64,000 nt of DNA from Candidatus Uhrbacteria bacterium (GCA_943359525.1 CALRHV010000001.1:7181-71180), one strand, 5' to 3'. Numbered from the stretch's first letter, positions 20,550 through 30,403 are shown. The notes: a model not told the origin generated them from the sequence alone. Translations and numbers: made by a program.

Positions 20550-21692
20550 TTAATTCGTTTCACTCGTCGTTACCGCTTTCCACGTTGGATGCATTGCTGC
20601 CAAGCAGAACCAGTAGCCGCGAACTGCTGGAATCTCGATCAGTGCGTGCTCTTCGTCGTTATTCTTCACATTCCATCCATCGGCGTACCATGCGCTTCCC
20701 GTTTCGTTATCCGTCAACCGCTTCTTCGCAAAATCGAACGAAAATGTGTGAACGTCACCATTCCTCGATTTCGTTTCGAATACGCGCACTGTGTCTGTTT
20801 CAAAATTATAGATGGCAATCACCGGAACTTCGCCGAGTTTTGCAGTCATGATTCCCGTTCCAGAAAGTGCGATTGTCGCAAACGCAAGACCATTCGTTCC
20901 ATCGGTGACGCCGTACGTAATCCACTTCGATGTGAAATCGGGGCTCGTGTGGTTAATTGGGAAATACAGTCCTTTGCTCGTATCGTAATTTCCGTATGGG
21001 TGACGAGTGTAGTCACGGGCAATACCCGTGTTTGTGGAAAGGACCAAGCCAGATGGATACAAATTTTTCCACACACTCCACGTCATCATCTGTGAAGGAA
21101 TGACCGCGAGGGATTCACCGATCCATGATCCTTGAATCGACTGTCCAGTCGCCTGGATCCAAAGCGATCCCGACTCCTCATCCTTTAACACGGTGTTGTT
21201 GTTATATACCTGTCCGGTTGCAGACAATGTTGCTGTGCCCATGTTGATGTGACGGTCATACACAACTCCCGTTCCGCAAAGCGGACAATATGTCACTGCA
21301 AAGCTCTGGCCACCGACCGAATCATTTACTACTTCATGCCAGTTCATGATTTGTACCGGGTAGAAACGATGCTGTCCTTCGATCTCGAGATCAATTCCCA
21401 TCAGTGAATCGGCAATCACCGAATCTGACGCAAGAACGGAATCGTATGTTGGATTCGTCAGTGCGGGAATGCCGCCTTCAACAACGCCGCTGTCGTACAA
21501 CTGATCACCCGGAACCAGCGATGTTACGCCGTCGCGAGTCACTGCCGATGTATACACACCGCCATCCAACACCGGCCACGCTGAAGCGTTCGCTTTACTC
21601 GACTGATACGCACTGAAGGCCAACGAAATGCCAGAAATAACCACGATCGCCCCAACGAACAGTCCAATATTTTGCTTTTGTGCTTGGGTCAT
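20550..21692 (-). CDS. DUF3179-family secreted/membrane-anchored protein
   Basis: N-terminal TM anchor, …YPVQIMNWHEVVND…VTYCPLCGTGVVYDRH…LWIQATGQ… signature. Confidence 0.6.
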   Translation of the reverse strand: MTQAQKQNIGLFVGAIVVISGISLAFSAYQSSKANASAWPVLDGGVYTSAVTRDGVTSLVPGDQLYDSGVVEGGIPALTNPTYDSVLASDSVIADSLMGIDLEIEGQHRFYPVQIMNWHEVVNDSVGGQSFAVTYCPLCGTGVVYDRHINMGTATLSATGQVYNNNTVLKDEESGSLWIQATGQSIQGSWIGESLAVIPSQMMTWSVWKNLYPSGLVLSTNTGIARDYTRHPYGNYDTSKGLYFPINHTSPDFTSKWITYGVTDGTNGLAFATIALSGTGIMTAKLGEVPVIAIYNFETDTVRVFETKSRNGDVHTFSFDFAKKRLTDNETGSAWYADGWNVKNNDEEHALIEIPAVRGYWFCLAAMHPTWKAVTTSETN

Positions 21693-21805
21693 AGATGGAA
21701 GGAGTGTAGCGGATAACCGGTTGATTGTAAAAGTTTTTCGCGGTATCTTTGGGTCTGATCAGGGAGCAAAACGTAAAAAAATTTATCTATTAGTGTCGTA
21801 AAACT

Positions 21806-22330
21806 ATGATCTCGATCAACAAGCCAGCACCAAGCTTTGAAAACATCACGTCGTACACCAAGGGCGAGTTTACGAAAACAAGCCTCAGCTCGTACAAAGG
21901 AGGCTGGGTGGTGCTGTTCTTCTACCCTCGCGACTTCACCTTCATCTGTCCAACCGAAATTAAGGGCTTCCAAAAGCACGAAGCGGACTTTGCCGCCCTC
22001 AACGCAAAAGTCATCGGCGCATCCACAGACAGCGAATGGAGCCACAAAGCATGGTTTGAAAAGGATCTCCCTGAAGTGGCCTACCCTATCCTTGCCGACA
22101 CAACGCAAAAAGTTTCCCGCGACTACGGCGTGCTCAACGAAGACGACGGCAGTTCCGATCGCGGCTTGTTTATTATCGATCCAGAAGGTGTAGTGAAATA
22201 CGCCCTAGTCTCTGCCGGCTCCGTCGGCCGATCAGTCAAAGAAGTGCTCCGCGTTCTCACAGCACTTCAATCCGGCGAACTCTGCCCAATGGAATGGGAG
22301 CCGGGCGAGAAAACATTGGGAAAGGCGTAA
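21806..22330 (+). CDS. Typical 2-Cys peroxiredoxin (AhpC/Tsa family)
   Basis: FTFICPTE peroxidatic Cys motif and resolving Cys near C-terminus (GELCPMEW). Confidence 0.92.
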   Translation: MISINKPAPSFENITSYTKGEFTKTSLSSYKGGWVVLFFYPRDFTFICPTEIKGFQKHEADFAALNAKVIGASTDSEWSHKAWFEKDLPEVAYPILADTTQKVSRDYGVLNEDDGSSDRGLFIIDPEGVVKYALVSAGSVGRSVKEVLRVLTALQSGELCPMEWEPGEKTLGKA

Positions 22331-22344
22331 ACGTCACATATCAT

Positions 22345-22383
22345 CAGTAAAAAACTGGAGCCACAACAGGCTCCAGTTTTTTA
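22345..22383. terminator. Bidirectional Rho-independent terminator (prx / relE convergent)
   Basis: aaaaaactggagcc-acaaca-ggctccagtttttt. Confidence 0.8.
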
Positions 22384-22641
22384 CACCGACCGATAGATAT
22401 CGTGATCACCAACAGCAAGAAGGATTATTCCGTCAGTCGATCGTTCAAAAACAATTCTGGTTTTATAGTTTACCGAAAAACTCCACAAGTCATGAAGATT
22501 CCCTTTTAATTTATGTACTTTTAACGTGCTGTGATGTTCGGGGTTGCGAAACATCTCAACCTTCTCATAGACATCTTGTCGAAGATCTTCCGGCAAAGAA
22601 CTCGTCATTTTTATAAATTGCTTCGTAAACTGAATTCGCAT
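22381..22641 (-). CDS. Type II toxin, RelE/ParE superfamily
   Basis: 86 aa; …KVHKLKGNLHDLWSFSVNYKTRIVFERSTDGIILLAVGDHDIY… is the RelE/ParE fold signature. Confidence 0.8.
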   Translation of the reverse strand: MRIQFTKQFIKMTSSLPEDLRQDVYEKVEMFRNPEHHSTLKVHKLKGNLHDLWSFSVNYKTRIVFERSTDGIILLAVGDHDIYRSV

Positions 22642-22644
22642 ACG

Positions 22645-22866
22645 TTATGAAACCGCTTCAACGAGGGCCTTCAGATCTCCTTCGTAAAGCTCACCATTCC
22701 GGGCTTGTCGTTGCGAAATCAACACTGCGTTTAAAGCCTCTTCCTCAGAAAGCCGAATAATCGCTTTTCGCACAACTTCGGCTTTTGTTTCTGCAAAACC
22801 CATCTTTACCAAGCGCTCAATGATATTCTCCAGTGTTGGAGTAAGTGGTACAGAAAGTGTAGACAT
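22645..22866 (-). CDS. Type II antitoxin (RHH/ParD-like), cognate of downstream toxin
   Basis: 73 aa, gene immediately upstream of and 4 nt from toxin; N-terminal beta-strand plus helices. Confidence 0.65.
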   Translation of the reverse strand: MSTLSVPLTPTLENIIERLVKMGFAETKAEVVRKAIIRLSEEEALNAVLISQRQARNGELYEGDLKALVEAVS

Positions 22867-22965
22867 ATAGTAATGTTATGTCATCATATTACATTGCTAA
22901 CACGGTGAAGTCAAACGTGCTCCTCATTTACCTCATCTCCGCCGGCAGGGAGTGCCGATCGGTAA

Positions 22966-23060
22966 AGAAAGCGATGCGTGTACTGACGGCACTTCAATCC
23001 GGCGAACTCTGCCCAATGGAATGAGAACCAGGAGAGAAGACATTAGGAAAGGCGTAAACG
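22966..23060 (+). pseudogene. Diverged duplicate (about 85% identity) of the last about 95 nt of the peroxiredoxin gene, with its stop codon
   Basis: Direct repeat of 22239-22333; translates …VLTALQSGELCPME* vs native …VLRVLTALQSGELCPMEWEPGEKTLGKA*. Confidence 0.8.
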
Positions 23061-23073
23061 AAAACACGGTCAC

Positions 23074-23170
23074 CCCAATTGTTCAGGATGACCGTGCGAG
23101 TGGTCACCCCTATCTTTCGGGATGACGTTGTAAGTGTCACTCCTATTGCGTTGGAGTGACCGTGTTTGCT
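23074..23170. repeat. Array of three consecutive related hairpins (stems cacggtcacc/ggtgaccgtg-like)
   Basis: acacggtcacccc…ggatgaccgtg / gtggtcacccc…gggatgacg / gtgtcactcc…ggagtgaccgtgt; lies in the 3' region of gene 23179..23895. Confidence 0.6.
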
Positions 23171-23178
23171 GCCTTGGC

Positions 23179-23895
23179 CTAGGACTTTTTGGCGTCGATG
23201 GCCTTCTGCAGGGCGGCCAGCCCCTCAAACTTCATAGCCTTGGGTGCCTTCTTCGCTTCGGCCTTTTTGGCGACCGCCTTCTCCTTTTCCTTCGCCATCT
23301 TGATTGCGCGGGCCTCATCGGTGATCTTCTTGGCCTGACCGGCTTCGAGGAACCCGTGACGCACCATGCTTTCGCGGTAGCTCCGGTAGGATCCGGCCAG
23401 CTCGTCATTCTTGGCCATGCAGATCGAGCGCAGGTGCCGCTCGGCCGCTTCGGCATAGGTCTCGACACGCACCCGGTTCTGGGACTGGGACCACCGGACG
23501 ATGAGCACCGGTCGCTTCGTCATCTGGGAATAGTCGAGGAGCTTGCGCGCCTGATTCTCCCCGGAGTCCGAACGCCGTTTCATCTCGTGGTAGGCCTCGG
23601 TCGCGGCGTCGTCCGGCTTGCCGTACTGGCTCAGGATGGCAAATGCCACATCCCAGGCCTCCTTCTCCTTCCCGCCGTCAAGCAGGTCGTAGAAGTGGAA
23701 CGCGAGGTTCCACACGGTGTTGCGGCTGATCGACATACGACGACCGAACTCTGCGCCGAGCTTCTTCTCCGGACAGCAGATGAACCCACGCACAAAGTCG
23801 AAACGGCCGTGATCCTTCCCTTCGCGGGCCTTGAGGTTGGGGTGAATGAGGACGCCGAGCTTGCCGGCGTTGAGGGAGGGCTTATTGTCGGACAT
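23179..23895 (-). CDS. Hypothetical protein with C-terminal Lys/Ala-rich histone-H1-like tail; gene is about 60% GC vs about 50% for the surrounding genes
   Basis: Tail …MAKEKEKAVAKKAEAKKAPKAMKFEGLAALQKAIDAKKS; marked local GC elevation. Confidence 0.55.
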   Translation of the reverse strand: MSDNKPSLNAGKLGVLIHPNLKAREGKDHGRFDFVRGFICCPEKKLGAEFGRRMSISRNTVWNLAFHFYDLLDGGKEKEAWDVAFAILSQYGKPDDAATEAYHEMKRRSDSGENQARKLLDYSQMTKRPVLIVRWSQSQNRVRVETYAEAAERHLRSICMAKNDELAGSYRSYRESMVRHGFLEAGQAKKITDEARAIKMAKEKEKAVAKKAEAKKAPKAMKFEGLAALQKAIDAKKS

Positions 23896-23976
23896 GGTGA
23901 ACTCCGTATCTCTACTGATGAATGGAACGTGACAGGCGGGATATGACCGATTGCCGTTGGAACGGCTTTCAGATCA

Positions 23977-24020
23977 ACAAACTACTATACCACAAAATCA
24001 GCTCCTCGTCAAGTGACGAT
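23977..24020 (-). terminator. Rho-independent terminator downstream of the 841-aa gene
   Basis: 9-bp stem aatcagctc/gagctgatt followed on minus strand by TTTTGTGG. Confidence 0.55.
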
Positions 24021-24076
24021 GAGCTGATTCTTGGCTAATATTAGCTAAAAGTAATGTTAATATATCCTTCAGTTCA

Positions 24077-26602
24077 CTATCGTGCTCGCACCAAACCATC
24101 CAAAAGACGACGATCAAGAGAATCTGCTTTATTACTTTTCCTGAACCAGTCTGCGAATTGATGAATCACAGCCTGCTTCGTCGGACCACGCTGAAGCTGG
24201 ATTTGACGTTGGTATACGCTTAAGGAATCCATAATCCCCTTCAATGCAATCTTCTTGAGAATACGGTGGTTCGCAATAAACTCAAGTCCAGGAATTACAT
24301 CCGGTCTTCCTTCGACATAATTATGTAATTCCATCGTTGAACCCGTCCAATTTTTTGGACGTACCTGTCCTTCCTTATGACGAACCAGGGGTTCAGCAGA
24401 AGCAAAAATTCCATTCCAAATATCTTCGTGACCATGAACAGCGTCACTCGAAAATAATGAAAGCGCATCTGTTTTATTCACATCCGTCCGTATACCAATC
24501 CTATCCCACATCTCCATAAACGAACCGTCCTTCTGTTTTTTTAATAACGGCATCCCCGTATCCGGATCAATACGTAATTTGCATTCTTCTTCCAGAATAA
24601 ACCCATGCTTCTGATTGCGGTTTACATCATGAGAAAGTTTTCGCGCAAAAAGATATTCCCCAATAAACTCTTTCTCCGGGTAAAGTTCTGCAAATCGATT
24701 TTGAATCGTTCCCGAAATACCGTTATCAATCAAAATGATTCGCTGTGCGTTTTCTACACCGAGCCCTCTCAATTGTTCTCGCACAAGATCGTCGCTTGAT
24801 TTCACTGCGGACGCTCGAGATACTGGAATGTATTGAATCCTGTCCGCAGTGAGTCCAGGAAATCGTTCCGGAAAAAGTTTAAGTAATTGTCGTTGAATAA
24901 GAAACATCGCAATAGCGTCTCGACCAAGGCAAAGACTCATAGTTCCCTTTGGGCTCTCAGCCAAGCGTTGCAATGTATGTTCGGCAAACTGAATGACTAA
25001 AGGACCATATTTGTCTCGACTCATTTCATACACTCGCTCGGCAAATGGCCGAAGGGCCTCCGGAGTGATAGTTTTTTTCACGCGATCGAAATATTCATTT
25101 GCACCGCCAGTGAGGTATTCTCGCTGAGTTTGCAGTGCGATATCTGCATACTTCTCAGAATGAATGTCCATTGATTGGAACGCTTTGTTTTGAATCAGCG
25201 CGTTTGGGCGTTTCAGAACTACGCCTTTTGCCCCAATACGCTGCGGAGCCTTTTGGTCGTTTTCTGAATGATCACCAACGTGAACCAGCGCTTCCGGAGC
25301 CACACCAAGTCTCCGGCAGGCTTCTCGAAAAATTGTACCATTTGGATCCTTTGGGGATTTCAACATGCCGTGTTCAGATGACACGATAACCTCATCAAAA
25401 TAGTCAAAAAGTCCAAAGCGTTTCAACAAACGCTCAACAGATTCTTGACTATATGAAAAGTTTGAAATGACCGCGAGCTTTTTTCCACGTGATCGCAAAT
25501 CCTCAAGCGTCGATTTTGCGCCTGGCATTACCACAGCTGTCGCCCCATCCGCTAAGCAGTACACACCTTCAAGCTCTTGAGCCAATGCCCGAATCTGTAC
25601 TGGGTCGATAGGACGCCTTTCGTTCAGCGCAATTTTTTGAATAACAAGCTCGAGAGCATCCACTTGCTTATAGTCTCGCAACGTCTGTTCCCTTCGCAGT
25701 CGAAAATCGTGTAGCACACTATCTCGAAGCTTCCGAAGGTCCTTCTCAGAAATTCCAAAACCCTTTTCACGTAAAAAAGCAGTTGCATCACTATTCATTC
25801 GTTCTTGACGCTCAGCCGAATTGGAGGAGAATTGTACAAGCGTATCGAACATGTCATACGTTACCGCCTTTACTCGCTCACCTGCACGGGCAACATACGG
25901 AAGGATATCTGCGTGCTCCTGAATATTCTGAGGAAACTTTGCTTCACGCAATTCCTGCAGCACTTCGTCACGATCTGTTCTCACTCGCGCCGCGTATCCA
26001 GAAACGGATCGCGCAATATTCATCATTTCTGCGCGATCAATAAACGATCTACGTGGCTGACCATCAGCGCGCATCGGCCATTCAAGACCTTTCATTCCTA
26101 CCGCCTCAAGCTGATGATACGACTCAAGGATATCCCGAATTCGCTCCTTATGATGCTGTACGTGCGCTGGAGTGATGCCATCCAATGTAATAACTCGTTC
26201 ATACGCAACCTTTTTTCGCGCATGAAATGCCTGAAGATCCTCCTCTCGTCCGCGTGCGGGAAAGCACAGCGCAATAATTTCAATGTGCTTTTGTGGCGAT
26301 CCTCTCATTTCCTGAACAACTGCAATAGCTGCTTCGCGCCCAATCGATCCACGCTCTACTGCCACGGACAACGGAACAGAAAATACCGCGAGACTCGTTC
26401 TCTCCTGCAAAAAGCGGGCAACAACAGCTTGCTCACCTTCCATGAGAAACGTATCCATTGATTTTTTCAAACACCGCCGTGATTCCTGCTCAAAGCCACC
26501 TTCCTGCACAACACACTGAACATCCTGAATATGCCGTTCCTTTCGAACAGTTTCACCCTTATTCACTGTCACGATTTTTGAATCAGCAAATCCAATAGCC
26601 AT
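24077..26602 (-). CDS. Large multidomain protein with central HAD-superfamily hydrolase domain flanked by unknown N- (about 230 aa) and C-terminal (about 370 aa) regions
   Basis: HAD motif I VTYDMFDTLV, motif II ISNFS, motif III/IV K…GDHSENDQ. Confidence 0.7.
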   Translation of the reverse strand: MAIGFADSKIVTVNKGETVRKERHIQDVQCVVQEGGFEQESRRCLKKSMDTFLMEGEQAVVARFLQERTSLAVFSVPLSVAVERGSIGREAAIAVVQEMRGSPQKHIEIIALCFPARGREEDLQAFHARKKVAYERVITLDGITPAHVQHHKERIRDILESYHQLEAVGMKGLEWPMRADGQPRRSFIDRAEMMNIARSVSGYAARVRTDRDEVLQELREAKFPQNIQEHADILPYVARAGERVKAVTYDMFDTLVQFSSNSAERQERMNSDATAFLREKGFGISEKDLRKLRDSVLHDFRLRREQTLRDYKQVDALELVIQKIALNERRPIDPVQIRALAQELEGVYCLADGATAVVMPGAKSTLEDLRSRGKKLAVISNFSYSQESVERLLKRFGLFDYFDEVIVSSEHGMLKSPKDPNGTIFREACRRLGVAPEALVHVGDHSENDQKAPQRIGAKGVVLKRPNALIQNKAFQSMDIHSEKYADIALQTQREYLTGGANEYFDRVKKTITPEALRPFAERVYEMSRDKYGPLVIQFAEHTLQRLAESPKGTMSLCLGRDAIAMFLIQRQLLKLFPERFPGLTADRIQYIPVSRASAVKSSDDLVREQLRGLGVENAQRIILIDNGISGTIQNRFAELYPEKEFIGEYLFARKLSHDVNRNQKHGFILEEECKLRIDPDTGMPLLKKQKDGSFMEMWDRIGIRTDVNKTDALSLFSSDAVHGHEDIWNGIFASAEPLVRHKEGQVRPKNWTGSTMELHNYVEGRPDVIPGLEFIANHRILKKIALKGIMDSLSVYQRQIQLQRGPTKQAVIHQFADWFRKSNKADSLDRRLLDGLVRAR

Positions 26603-26604
26603 AC

Positions 26605-29600
26605 CTACACATCGAGAGTCAAAATTTGAGCAATCTCAACTGCGCGATCGATGTCCTCTTGCCTCGTCATATCCGGATGCTCAGAGAGGTACAGAGACAC
26701 GATATCAACGATTTCGTCACGTTCAGTGTCAGTTGCTAACAAGGAAACTCTTTCATTTACAGCGGCGCCGTGCATGGTTCGCGCAACGTCGTACTCAACG
26801 TGGCCAAAGTGCCGCATACGTTCAACTTCTCCAACCATCTTCATGAATGCCTTTTGCTCAGATGCCGGAGTTTTCTGGAAAAGTACCTGCAGTAATTCAA
26901 CCATCATTTCCTGAACTTCTACGGGCTCATCGCCAAACTTTTCCGACACAAATGTGCGAATGGATTTCGCGTTCTTTTCCCTTGATTTCGAACGTCCAAC
27001 TTCAGCCCCCGAAATTGGACTCTCATCTCCAGATTCTGTTCCGCTTTCAACACCAGAAATCACTGGCTCAAATTCAGATCCTCCCGGCGGCAGATCGTCC
27101 CCACCCGGTGGCGGCATGCGAGGTGTCCTTCTCTTCCTTGGCTCCATTGGTGTGCGAACGTTGCCCGGAAGGAACCATGGAACCGCGACTGGTGGGACGT
27201 TCGGGCCGGTTGCAAAGTCAATTTGAGTGACGTGCTGGTTAACACTTTCGCTGATATCGGTGGAGGTGATTCCGGAATGCACTCCTTCGCCCTGTGCTGT
27301 TGCAAGAATATTAAAGTGGTTCACGCCGTGCGCGTCGAAGCCCTTTGAGATTCCGATCTCAGCGTGGTGATACAGCGGAACAACCTTACCGTGTTCAATA
27401 CGGAAGAAGGTCTTGCCGATATCGGAATCCGGATCAATGTGGAACTGACCATGCTGATCACACAGAACCTCAATGACACTATTCTGCGAACCACTGTTCA
27501 TTGTGAGCAAAAGGCGAAGTTTGCGCTCCACAATTTCCTTAGGTGCGTCTTCACTGAGCGCGTCGTGGAAGGAACCATCCGACGTCATATAGCCCGCGGA
27601 CATCACAATCTGGCCGTTTGCATCCAATCCGGTTTCGTTTACTCCACCCCATTCTAATTTCAGCTCGTTCCAATCTGCCCCAAGCCACTTTTGCAGCGCA
27701 TCAGAAAAATGCATTGGTGTGTCATTGTCCATCCAATGGTCGCGATACACTTTTTGCATTGCATGATGACGCAACCAATCCCACGTGCTTTCGGTGCTCG
27801 TCACCGTTGATGACGAATTCACCCACTGATCGGACTCAACAATATTTGCGCTAGCACCTCGCAACGTTGCCTCCGATGCAGCGTCGAGATGACCGAATTC
27901 GTTGATGTGCAATCCCGAAGCAATTGTACGATGATCGGCAACCGACTCAAGAACGTAGCTTCCGTCGGCTTGAGGAACGAGATCGGTTCCCGCTGGGGTG
28001 GTGAACATTCCCCCGCCAATCGTCTCCACATTCGCTGGTCCGACCGCCGCAACAGGCGCATTGTCAAAGTACGCCATAAGTGCTCGTCCAGCACTTGCAA
28101 TAGTCGTGTCTGCTCCCGAAACAAAATGGCTCCAAAGATCATGAACAACCGTTCCAACGACGGCACCAATCACCATCGTCGTTGCGCCACGCTTCAACGC
28201 GACACGATTCGACCACGAAGCAAAAGCGCTATGTTGCTTCTGAACAGCGCTTTCTTTTCCGTACAACGCACCTTCGCTCATCGCGAGTCTTTCATTGAAC
28301 ACCTCAGTGAAATTCCCCATCGCTTCAGCATATCTCGATCGAAGTGCAGCCTTCAGTTGTGCTCGAGCAAGATCGAGATCCATTCGCTCAACCTCGGCTT
28401 CGGCAACGTTTGTATATTTCAGCAAATCAACCTTTTCGCGATCGCTGATGCGAATCCTTGCCTCGATGTCCGCAAGCGCAGACATCGCGTCTCTGTCGTC
28501 AACATCACCACGTAATTCGCGACCGCTCAGGAATCCACGGGCACTTTCCGCGAGCCCCTTTGCACTTTCACGAGCAAGTTCAAACTGCTCCATCTCGGCA
28601 CGCCGAGGCTGAACCGCGCGACCGCTATCCAATTCCTTAATCTCATTCTCAATCGCGTGTCGCTCCATGACATTCCACCACTTGAGGTTTCCCATCTGAT
28701 TGAGCAACTCCGATTTCCTCGCGAGGAGGTCGTCATTCCGCGTTTCCCCACCAAGCGCCATCTGACGCTCATGGAGCGATCGTTCGCGACCCAGTCGGCT
28801 CTTTTCTTTATACGCGCTGTACGCACCAGTCACAACCAAGGACGATCCAGATGATGCGAGCGCAGCAGCACCAGCTTTCACACGTCCGTAAATTCCACCA
28901 ACTACCCAGGCCGTGCCAAGCGCCACAGAAATCTCATTGTGAAACACGTTCAAAACGCCAGAACCAACTCGTGTTGTTGAGCCGTATCGTTGTAATCCGT
29001 CGAGCGCCTTATCGAGAAGATTCCTGTCTCGTTCCGTTCGTGCACCAAGTTTTGCTTTACCGATAACAATTTCAAGATCGATATCGAGATTCGCAATACC
29101 ACCAGCGTGCGCTGCGTGTTGACGAACTTGTTCGGCGAGCTTTTCCAAATTGTCGGCGTACATCACGCCACGGCCCTTTGCGTCGCCAGCGAGTTTGTTG
29201 GCTGCTGCGAAAATCTCATCTTTTCTTGCGTTGAGTTCACCCGCATCCATTTCTGGATTCGTCGCGTACTCACGAACGAGTGCCTCAAGATCCTTTTTGA
29301 CCGCCTTCTCTGCAGCACTGTCGCCAAAGACCTTCTTCTTTTCCGCAGTCTTCCCTTCTCCATGAAGGAATCCATCGTACTCGGTAACAAACCGATCAAC
29401 AACAGCACCGGTTGCTCGGCGATGCGCGTCGCGGTCGAAATTATCGGACGCGTACAGGTTCTTCTCGTTAAGAATCTTGGCGCGCGATCGCGAGATGGCG
29501 ATTTGACGATAGATTTCGTAGCAAATGTTGTGTTTGAAAATCTTTGCAAAAAATCCCGCATCTATTTTTTCAGCGTGCAACGACTCTTCCGCAGTGTCGC

Positions 29601-30099
29601 GAGCCCTATCCTCGACAGCTTCCGAAACATCCACAGCGCCGTATCGTAATTTCAATGGCACCTTTGGAGCCTCGTCATCCTCAAGCTCGGCGACCACTGG
29701 CGTTGGCGGCACTCGTGTTGTACCCGTTGGCACAACCTCGGGACCTTCTGGAACCGGATCCCCGTCAACCGATCCAATCAACCGCGCGGCAATCTCCACG
29801 CGCTCAAGATCAAGCGAGGCAATGGAACGGTGAAGTTTTCCGTTCTCAATGAGCACCGGAGCTTCGTCGTCGCCCTTGCTGACAGCAACAATTTTCCAGT
29901 CTTCGCCGTCGAGATGAATAATGTCGTTCTTTCCAATGCGCCGCGCAAAACGTGCCTGTGCCTCCGCGCTGGCTTCTGCAGATTGATTGTAGTCTGTCCA
30001 TCCTGCGTGGACCGCCTTCAAGACGCGATCCAACATACTCATCGTTGGTCGCGATTCTCTGGACGATTCTGGCGAATGAGATCGTGCTGGTGCAACCAT
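26605..30099 (-). CDS. Giant hypothetical protein (1164 aa), coiled-coil-rich N-terminal half, one predicted TM segment mid-protein, Pro/Gly/Ser-rich linker near C-terminus
   Basis: Long uninterrupted ORF, 2 nt from downstream gene; no recognisable catalytic motifs. Confidence 0.6.
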   Translation of the reverse strand: MVAPARSHSPESSRESRPTMSMLDRVLKAVHAGWTDYNQSAEASAEAQARFARRIGKNDIIHLDGEDWKIVAVSKGDDEAPVLIENGKLHRSIASLDLERVEIAARLIGSVDGDPVPEGPEVVPTGTTRVPPTPVVAELEDDEAPKVPLKLRYGAVDVSEAVEDRARDTAEESLHAEKIDAGFFAKIFKHNICYEIYRQIAISRSRAKILNEKNLYASDNFDRDAHRRATGAVVDRFVTEYDGFLHGEGKTAEKKKVFGDSAAEKAVKKDLEALVREYATNPEMDAGELNARKDEIFAAANKLAGDAKGRGVMYADNLEKLAEQVRQHAAHAGGIANLDIDLEIVIGKAKLGARTERDRNLLDKALDGLQRYGSTTRVGSGVLNVFHNEISVALGTAWVVGGIYGRVKAGAAALASSGSSLVVTGAYSAYKEKSRLGRERSLHERQMALGGETRNDDLLARKSELLNQMGNLKWWNVMERHAIENEIKELDSGRAVQPRRAEMEQFELARESAKGLAESARGFLSGRELRGDVDDRDAMSALADIEARIRISDREKVDLLKYTNVAEAEVERMDLDLARAQLKAALRSRYAEAMGNFTEVFNERLAMSEGALYGKESAVQKQHSAFASWSNRVALKRGATTMVIGAVVGTVVHDLWSHFVSGADTTIASAGRALMAYFDNAPVAAVGPANVETIGGGMFTTPAGTDLVPQADGSYVLESVADHRTIASGLHINEFGHLDAASEATLRGASANIVESDQWVNSSSTVTSTESTWDWLRHHAMQKVYRDHWMDNDTPMHFSDALQKWLGADWNELKLEWGGVNETGLDANGQIVMSAGYMTSDGSFHDALSEDAPKEIVERKLRLLLTMNSGSQNSVIEVLCDQHGQFHIDPDSDIGKTFFRIEHGKVVPLYHHAEIGISKGFDAHGVNHFNILATAQGEGVHSGITSTDISESVNQHVTQIDFATGPNVPPVAVPWFLPGNVRTPMEPRKRRTPRMPPPGGDDLPPGGSEFEPVISGVESGTESGDESPISGAEVGRSKSREKNAKSIRTFVSEKFGDEPVEVQEMMVELLQVLFQKTPASEQKAFMKMVGEVERMRHFGHVEYDVARTMHGAAVNERVSLLATDTERDEIVDIVSLYLSEHPDMTRQEDIDRAVEIAQILTLDV

Positions 30100-30103
30100 A
30101 CGA

Positions 30104-30403
30104 TTAGCTTAAGTATGACGTACGGAAATCCATGAGCGTTCGTGCGAGCACTTCTTGGTAGTTTGGCACATTGCTGACGAAAAACTCGCGAACAATATCC
30201 GGTTCAGCATCCGCATCAAGGAGATCGTTCAGCTCCTCAACCTTGTCTGTTTCGAGCAAGGCAACCATTTCTGCGTTCAAACGTTCGCCGATACGCGTGA
30301 GAAGATCCGCACGAAGCTCGGCAAGAACCGCCTCGTCAACCGATGCAAGCCCACGTTCCACGAGCAAATTTTCTACGAACTGTTCAAGCGTTGGAGCTGC
30401 CAT
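30104..30403 (-). CDS. Small acidic all-helical hypothetical protein, first gene of the giant-protein operon
   Basis: About 100 aa, pI acidic (…LNDLLDADAEPDIVREFF…), 4-nt gap to giant ORF. Confidence 0.45.
   Translation of the reverse strand: MAAPTLEQFVENLLVERGLASVDEAVLAELRADLLTRIGERLNAEMVALLETDKVEELNDLLDADAEPDIVREFFVSNVPNYQEVLARTLMDFRTSYLS

Noticed and set aside
19797-21095. 432-aa plus-strand ORF, and many other long ORFs antisense to annotated genes (e.g. 1173..1775+, 13441..14544+, 8213..8926+, 41692..42441+, 61847..62713-)
   Set aside because: They lie antisense to genes with unambiguous conserved motifs (rsmI/DUF3179, mreC, atpA, antiporter, ABC-F, typA). Their translations are low-complexity or Arg/Cys/His-rich with no motifs, the typical shadow ORFs of a roughly 50% GC genome.
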